Positions 49,568-55,280 of a stretch of 55,280 bases of DNA are shown here, piece after piece. Below the pieces are notes generated by a model that worked only from the letters and a program-made list of their open reading frames with translations, did not search any database and was not told where the DNA came from. Numbering within the stretch: position 1 is the stretch's first letter; every line of letters starts with the position of its first letter. The stretch comes from an uncultured Bacilli bacterium (lineage in GTDB: Bacteria; Bacillota_I; Bacilli_A; RF39; UBA660), in contig CALVSA010000004.1 in the NCBI GenBank assembly GCA_944358825.1, positions 1 to 55,280 of the forward strand, read 5' to 3'. The position numbers and the translations under genes are program-made.

Positions 49568-50156
49568 AATTATCAAACTCCTTTTTCAACTTTATCTTTA
49601 ATCTATAAATAGTATTATATACTTGTTTATTATTAATCTTTAATATTAAAGCAATATTATCTGGCAAATAACCTTTAATAAGCAAACTCAAAACTAAATA
49701 CTCTCTTTTACTAAGTTTATCTTTAAGATTATAAAAAAATTTATTAATATCAATATAATTATCAACAACACTAAACTCCACTAAATCTTTATCATCATAA
49801 AAACTATCAATTAACCTCATACCATTATTTTCTGCATCAATTGAAACCATATGATTAAAAATATAATTTTTCTTGCTATTAGACATCCTAAAAACATCTT
49901 TTAATTTAGAATCTAAACAAGTCCATAAATAAGTTTTAAAACTACTATTTTTATCCTGATTAAAATTATCAATAACATTTTCAAATACTAATAAACATTC
50001 TAACTTTACATCATCAAAATCTATCTTATTTAAATTATACTTACCTAAAAACTTAAAAATAAAATTATCAATAAGTGATAAATACTTTTTATACAATAAA
50101 TCTTTTGCTTCATCAACATGTTCTTGGGCTAAATAAACTAATTCATAATCATTCAT
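49560..50156 (-). CDS. sigH: Sigma-H-like alternative sigma factor
   Basis: Region 2 (SSFKTY) and region 4 (LSKREYLVL...[14 protein letters not shown]); mrnC-rlmB-sigH synteny. Confidence 0.75.
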   Translation of the reverse strand: MNDYELVYLAQEHVDEAKDLLYKKYLSLIDNFIFKFLGKYNLNKIDFDDVKLECLLVFENVIDNFNQDKNSSFKTYLWTCLDSKLKDVFRMSNSKKNYIFNHMVSIDAENNGMRLIDSFYDDKDLVEFSVVDNYIDINKFFYNLKDKLSKREYLVLSLLIKGYLPDNIALILKINNKQVYNTIYRLKIKLKKEFDNYG

Positions 50157-50862
50157 AAGATCTTGCTTCCAAAATTTTTGCTAAAATAATTCCACAAGAA
50201 ACTGAAGCATTTAAACTATCTATCTTACCTACCATATTAATACTAGCAACATAATCACATTCTTTTAATAAAGATGTACTCATTCCCTTACCCTCATTAC
50301 CAATAATCAAACATATAGAACGCTTATAATCAATCTTAGTATAATCATCTTTATTCATACTAGTACCAACAATCCAAAAATCATCCTTTTTTAATTTATT
50401 AACAGTACTAATTAAACTAGGAACCCTAATAATTGGAATATTTTTAATCGCGCCCGCGGAAGTTTTTACAACAACTGAACTAATATTAATACTTCTATCA
50501 TTTGGAATAATAATCGCATCTACTCCAAGTGCATAACTAGTTCTAATAATCGCTCCAAAGTTATGAGGATCTTGCAAATGATCAAGCATAACTACAGTTT
50601 TATACTCTTTATTAATATTTGGAATAATCTCATCATAAGTATAAGTTTTAATATCATCTACAAGTAACACAATCCCCTGATGAAGAGCATTATCTGTTTT
50701 TTTATCTAATTCAAAATTGTTAGAATAATTTATTTTTACATTTTTACTTTTTAACTTATTAATAATATCTTTATCACTAAATTTCTTGCTAACAAAAGCT
50801 TTTATCACTTTATCATCTTTATCTAAAAACTCTCTAACTACATTTTTCCCATAAACATACAT
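50149..50862 (-). CDS. rlmB: 23S rRNA Gm2251 methyltransferase
   Basis: HQGI, DPHNFGAIIRT, IGNEGKG, DSLNASVS. Confidence 0.95.
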   Translation of the reverse strand: MYVYGKNVVREFLDKDDKVIKAFVSKKFSDKDIINKLKSKNVKINYSNNFELDKKTDNALHQGIVLLVDDIKTYTYDEIIPNINKEYKTVVMLDHLQDPHNFGAIIRTSYALGVDAIIIPNDRSINISSVVVKTSAGAIKNIPIIRVPSLISTVNKLKKDDFWIVGTSMNKDDYTKIDYKRSICLIIGNEGKGMSTSLLKECDYVASINMVGKIDSLNASVSCGIILAKILEARSYE

Positions 50863-51221
50863 TATTTCACCTCAATTTTTTCTAGTAATTCATCTAATCT
50901 ATCATTTTTTTGATGATAATATAAATAACCAATTAAAGCCTCAAATCCAGTAGATAATTTATAAGTAATAATATCAGTATTTTTAGGGTGTGCATCTTTC
51001 TTATAATTTCTGCCCCGCTTAATTATATCAATCTCATCATCAGTTAAATAATTATTTTTAATAAGTTTATCTAAAATAGAAGCTTGCCCTTTAGCACTAA
51101 CATAATTAATTGCATTCTTTTGTAAATCGCCCGCTTTAGTTATCCCACTATCAATTAATTTTTTTCTAATATACAACTCATATACTGCATCACCCAAATA
51201 AGCATAAGTAATAATATTCAA
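50862..51221 (-). CDS. mrnC: Mini-ribonuclease III
   Basis: AYLGDAVYELYIR, KRGRN, STGFEALIGYLY. Confidence 0.93.
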   Translation of the reverse strand: MNIITYAYLGDAVYELYIRKKLIDSGITKAGDLQKNAINYVSAKGQASILDKLIKNNYLTDDEIDIIKRGRNYKKDAHPKNTDIITYKLSTGFEALIGYLYYHQKNDRLDELLEKIEVK

Positions 51222-51343
51222 AAAACATCACCTCATAACAAAATAGACAATTTATATATTATCATCACAAATAAATAAAGTCAATAGCTACAAAACAATT
51301 GTTTGTTAAAAATAAAAATTATATCTATACTAAAAAAAGAACA

Positions 51344-51439
51344 TTATTCTTGTTCTAATTTAATATGCGTTTTTATCTTTAAATAATCAACCTCCTCTAT
51401 CATATCATCAAACATCTCCTCAATTAAAACATGCATCAT
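51344..51439 (-). CDS. Possible 31-aa acidic small protein
   Basis: GAAGGGA RBS; MMHVLIEEMFDDMIEEVDYLKIKTHIKLEQE. Confidence 0.35.
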   Translation of the reverse strand: MMHVLIEEMFDDMIEEVDYLKIKTHIKLEQE

Positions 51440-51621
51440 TATATCCCTTCTTTCTTTTTTTAAATCTTACCACATATTTAAAAATAGTGCATTAGATTCG
51501 ACAAAACTAGATATTTTTTTCTACTTAACACATTAAGTGTAAACCAACGTTTTTTTTACATTTTTGGAAATATTTATGGAAAATTACAAATATTTATAGT
51601 ATAATTAATAAAGGTGATGTT

Positions 51622-52158
51622 ATGAGTTACCAATACAACATAAAGAAATCAAACTATGCAAATCGTGGAATGAGTTTAGAAGATGACATCAATTTAACAA
51701 ATGAATATTATAAAGTAAATAATATTGCTTTAATTTATAAAAAGCCAACTCCAATAAAAATAAGTAAAGTAGATTATAGCAACTCAAAAATAACTGAAGC
51801 TTACTTTGCTTCACCATCTACTCTAGATTATAATGGCATTTACAAAGGCAAATATATTGAATTTGATGCTAAAGAAACTCAAAGTAAAACAAGTTTTGCA
51901 CTTTCTAATATCCATAAACATCAACTAGAACACATAAAAAAAGTTTTATATCATCAAGGAATTGCGTTTTTAATAGTTAGATTTATTAATTTAAACAAAA
52001 ACTATTTGATACCCGCAAAAGTTCTTATAGAATTTATTGAAAACAATCAAAGAAAATCAATTCCAATTACATTTTTTGAAGAAAATACTTATAATATTGA
52101 TATAAAATATATCCCAAGATTAGATTATATAAAAATAATTGACAAATTGGAGGTTTAA
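51622..52158 (+). CDS. recU: Holliday junction resolvase
   Basis: NRGMSLE, KKPTPI, STLDYNG, FDAKET, HQLEH; recU-ponA synteny. Confidence 0.96.
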   Translation: MSYQYNIKKSNYANRGMSLEDDINLTNEYYKVNNIALIYKKPTPIKISKVDYSNSKITEAYFASPSTLDYNGIYKGKYIEFDAKETQSKTSFALSNIHKHQLEHIKKVLYHQGIAFLIVRFINLNKNYLIPAKVLIEFIENNQRKSIPITFFEENTYNIDIKYIPRLDYIKIIDKLEV

Positions 52159-55100
52159 ATGAAAAAGAAAAAACGAAAGCTTAAAAAAGATGTAATCTTC
52201 TTCATGATACTATTTATTACTATTACTATTATATCAATTACTCTATTTAAAACATTAGGATTAATAGTAATACCAATTATGATTGGAATAATATATTTAT
52301 ATTATAATATAGATAAAGTTGTAAAAAGAAGAAGAAACAGCGAAAATAAAGAAGAACAAACAACTGATGATAATATAATTAAAAGCGATATACAAGAAGA
52401 GTTAAAAAAGGATGAAGAGGATGTGATTGTTGTGAAAAAACCAACAAAGAAAAGAAAAAATAGTAAAAGTAAAAACAAAAGTAAAGAAAAAAAACACATT
52501 GGCAAAAAAATATTAATAGCCTTTCTAATATTTATAATTGTTATGATATTACTTGGAACGTGCTTTATGATATATATTGCCATTAGTGCGGGAAAATTTG
52601 ATCCTAACAAATTAGCTACTCAAGATCAAACCGTTGTATATGATGCAAATAACGAAGTAATTGATACTTTAGGATTAGAAAAAAGAGAATCAGTAAAATA
52701 TGAACAATTACCACAAGTATTAGTAGATGCAATCATAGCAACAGAAGACTCAAGATTTTTCCAACATAACGGAGTTGATATGCCTCGTTTCTTAAAAGCA
52801 TCAGTAATGCAACTTTTAGGAAACTCTGATGCAGGTGGAGCATCTACTCTAACAATGCAAGTAAGTAAAAATAATTTAACAAGTACTAATAGTTCTGGAA
52901 TAAAAGGTATTATTCGTAAATTCAAAGATATTTATATATCAGTTTTCCAAATTGAAAAACAATATACAAAAGAACAAATAATTGAATTTTACGTAAATGA
53001 TAACTGTTTAGGAGGAAGAATATTCGGAGTTGGGCAAGCTAGTGAATATTACTTTGGCAAACCAGTAGGACAATTAAGTCTTCCTGAAGCTGCCCTACTA
53101 GCAGGAATGTTCCAATCACCAAATGGATATAATCCTTATAAAAACCCAGATGCTGCTTATGAACGTCGTAAAACAGTATTAAGTCTTATGGTAAGACACG
53201 GATACATTACTCAAGAAGAAGCTGATTTAGCTAATTCTGTATCAATAGAAAGTATGCTAGTAGGTTCTACTGAAGAAAGTGGTGGATATCAAGGATTTAT
53301 CGACACAGTTGTATCTGAAGTTGAAGAAAAAACTGGAGATAACCCTTATACAGTACCAATGAAAATATATACAACTATGAACCGTGAAATGCAAGATGGT
53401 ATTAACAGTGTACTAGCCGGAGAAGAAACTGACTTCACATGGGCTGATGATAAAGTTCAAGCAGGAATTGCTGTTGTTGATGTAAACACTGGAGCTATCA
53501 CAGCAATTGGTGCTGGACGTAATCGTGAACAAGGATGGAACTATGCTACTCAATCTAAACGCCATCCTGGATCAACAGCCAAACCATTATTTGACTACGG
53601 ACCAGGCTTTGAATACAATAACTATTCAACATATACATTATTCAATGATGAACCATGGGAATATTCTGATGGAAAAGAAATTGGCAACTGGGATGGAGCA
53701 TATCAAGGCTTAATTACCTTACGTCAAGCTCTAAGTGTCTCAAGAAATATCCCTGCATTAAAAGCTTTCCAAGAAGTAGATAAAAAAGACATTATTGAAT
53801 TTGTTACTAAACTAGGAATAGAAGTTGAAGAATCAGGTGGAAGTATCCACGAAGCACACGCAATTGGAGGATTTAATCCAGGTGCATCTCCACTACAAAT
53901 GGCTGCTGCATATGCCGCATTTGCTAATGGAGGATATTATGCAGAACCTTATTCCGTAACTAAAATAGAATATCGTAGTGACGGTGAAGTTGTTGAATTT
54001 AAATCAGAAAAAGAAAGAGCAATGTCTGATTCAACTGCTTATCTAATGAACAATGTATTACAATACGCTGTTGAACACGGATTTAACGGTGGAGCAAGAG
54101 TTCCAGGATCAACAGTTGCAGCCAAAACTGGTACATCTAATCTAGATGATGATACAATCAAAAGATTAGGATTACCATCTGGAGCAGTTAATGACTTATG
54201 GACAGTCGCATATACTCCAGAATATTCAGTTGCTCTGTGGTATGGATACGAAACTGTTACTTCAGAAAACTATCTATCAGGAGCATCGGCTCCAAAAGAT
54301 GCTGTCATGGCTTCGATTATGAAATATATTCCAAAAACAACAAAACAATTTGAAATGCCAGATACCGTTGTTCAATCACAAGTCGAATTTGGTACATGGC
54401 CAGCTCAACTACCAAGTGAACATACACCAAGTGATTTAATTAGAACAGAATACTTCAAAAAAGGAACACAACCAACTGAAGTATCTGATAGATTTGCCAC
54501 TTTAAATGATGTTACAAACCTATCAACAAATACTAGTGGTCGCAGTATTACTTTAAGTTGGGATTTCAAAGTTCCAGAAGTTACAACCGAAGAATACTTG
54601 AAAAAATACTTTAGTCAATCTGTCTTTGGAAATGGAACTAACTCATTCGTTCAACAAAGACTAAACTATAATAACAATACCCTAGGTGGCCTTGGATTTG
54701 GTATTTATCAAAAAAATGCTGATGGAAGTTTAGATTTAATTGCCTTTACACAAGATACAACATACACATATAACCCACCTTATAGTTCGACAAGCCGACA
54801 AGTTACATTAGTAGTTAAAGCACAATATTCAAAATTTGTAGCTAACGCTTCCAAAGGAGTAGAAACACAAGTAACTATCGGAGCAGGTGGTACAATACCA
54901 GGCAATCCAGATGACGAAGGTTTAAATATAGAAATGGAAACAACTACAGTTACACCACAAGTAGGAAATTATGAAGAAGAAGGTATAACAATTACATATA
55001 ATGGTGAAGACGTTACTAATAAATCAGTAATTACCTACACTCTTACAAATAACGGAACTGATACCACTTACCATTCAGAAAGTGAATTAGAAAATGCCGT

Positions 55101-55197
55101 TAATGCCTTACCTAGTGGAACATACGTAATTAAATATGATGTTACTTACGAAGGTCAAACAGCTCACAAATATAGAAATGTTATATTACATGATTAA
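52159..55197 (+). CDS. ponA: Class A penicillin-binding protein 1A
   Basis: EDSRFFQHNG, GASTLTMQ, STAK, SRN, KTGT; C-terminal FN3/Ig-like region. Confidence 0.95.
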   Translation: MKKKKRKLKKDVIFFMILFITITIISITLFKTLGLIVIPIMIGIIYLYYNIDKVVKRRRNSENKEEQTTDDNIIKSDIQEELKKDEEDVIVVKKPTKKRKNSKSKNKSKEKKHIGKKILIAFLIFIIVMILLGTCFMIYIAISAGKFDPNKLATQDQTVVYDANNEVIDTLGLEKRESVKYEQLPQVLVDAIIATEDSRFFQHNGVDMPRFLKASVMQLLGNSDAGGASTLTMQVSKNNLTSTNSSGIKGIIRKFKDIYISVFQIEKQYTKEQIIEFYVNDNCLGGRIFGVGQASEYYFGKPVGQLSLPEAALLAGMFQSPNGYNPYKNPDAAYERRKTVLSLMVRHGYITQEEADLANSVSIESMLVGSTEESGGYQGFIDTVVSEVEEKTGDNPYTVPMKIYTTMNREMQDGINSVLAGEETDFTWADDKVQAGIAVVDVNTGAITAIGAGRNREQGWNYATQSKRHPGSTAKPLFDYGPGFEYNNYSTYTLFNDEPWEYSDGKEIGNWDGAYQGLITLRQALSVSRNIPALKAFQEVDKKDIIEFVTKLGIEVEESGGSIHEAHAIGGFNPGASPLQMAAAYAAFANGGYYAEPYSVTKIEYRSDGEVVEFKSEKERAMSDSTAYLMNNVLQYAVEHGFNGGARVPGSTVAAKTGTSNLDDDTIKRLGLPSGAVNDLWTVAYTPEYSVALWYGYETVTSENYLSGASAPKDAVMASIMKYIPKTTKQFEMPDTVVQSQVEFGTWPAQLPSEHTPSDLIRTEYFKKGTQPTEVSDRFATLNDVTNLSTNTSGRSITLSWDFKVPEVTTEEYLKKYFSQSVFGNGTNSFVQQRLNYNNNTLGGLGFGIYQKNADGSLDLIAFTQDTTYTYNPPYSSTSRQVTLVVKAQYSKFVANASKGVETQVTIGAGGTIPGNPDDEGLNIEMETTTVTPQVGNYEEEGITITYNGEDVTNKSVITYTLTNNGTDTTYHSESELENAVNALPSGTYVIKYDVTYEGQTAHKYRNVILHD

Positions 55198-55280
55198 TGA
55201 ACCAAGGAAACAAAATAAATTTTGTTTCTTCCTTGTCGTTACCTCCAAGGTTTCCTACTTCATAGATAGTCTCTGACTAG

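Noticed and set aside
945..53713. Short shadow ORFs (e.g. 945-1199, 2373-2588, 4316-4606, 14350-14814, 18445-18702, 21710-22084, 37647-38075, 52302-52925)
   Set aside because: They are antisense or off-frame to well-supported genes, or overlap oriT, with no RBS or recognisable motifs.

Overview
Very AT-rich chromosomal window from a walled Bacillota (murE, PBP1A and a sigH-like gene are present; an uncultured Bacilli lineage is a guess from gene content). The right part (34.0-55.3 kb) is ordinary core genome: Cof hydrolase, murE, ylxM, ftsY, rny, recA, rimP-nusA-ylxR-infB, tRNA-Arg, uvrA, sigH-like, rlmB, mrnC, recU, ponA. The left 34 kb is the notable part. A translationally coupled three-gene NitT/TauT-type (YtlA/YtlC/YtlD-like) ABC transporter operon has each of its genes interrupted by a different large-serine-recombinase (LSR) element. 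Element 1 (<1-~2597) cuts the binding-protein gene at the GGMP motif; its left end is outside the window. Element 2 (9,783 bp, AGTAGCTT core) cuts the ATPase between the signature motif and Walker B, and carries an AbiE toxin-antitoxin pair and Cu/Cd efflux genes. Element 3 (14,559 bp, GGA core, near-palindromic attP) cuts the permease and is a MobV mobilisable element with a 1736-aa helicase-nuclease. In-silico excision of elements 2 and 3 restores intact 248-aa and 264-aa frames. Each recombinase is preceded by an unannotated 35-38-aa ORF (candidate directionality factor) and a weak sigma-E-like promoter match. This suggests skin/SPbeta-like programmed rearrangement acting as a three-input AND gate on one operon (inference). 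Downstream, the permease 3' end and terminator occur three times around decayed cargo, including a second att half-site.
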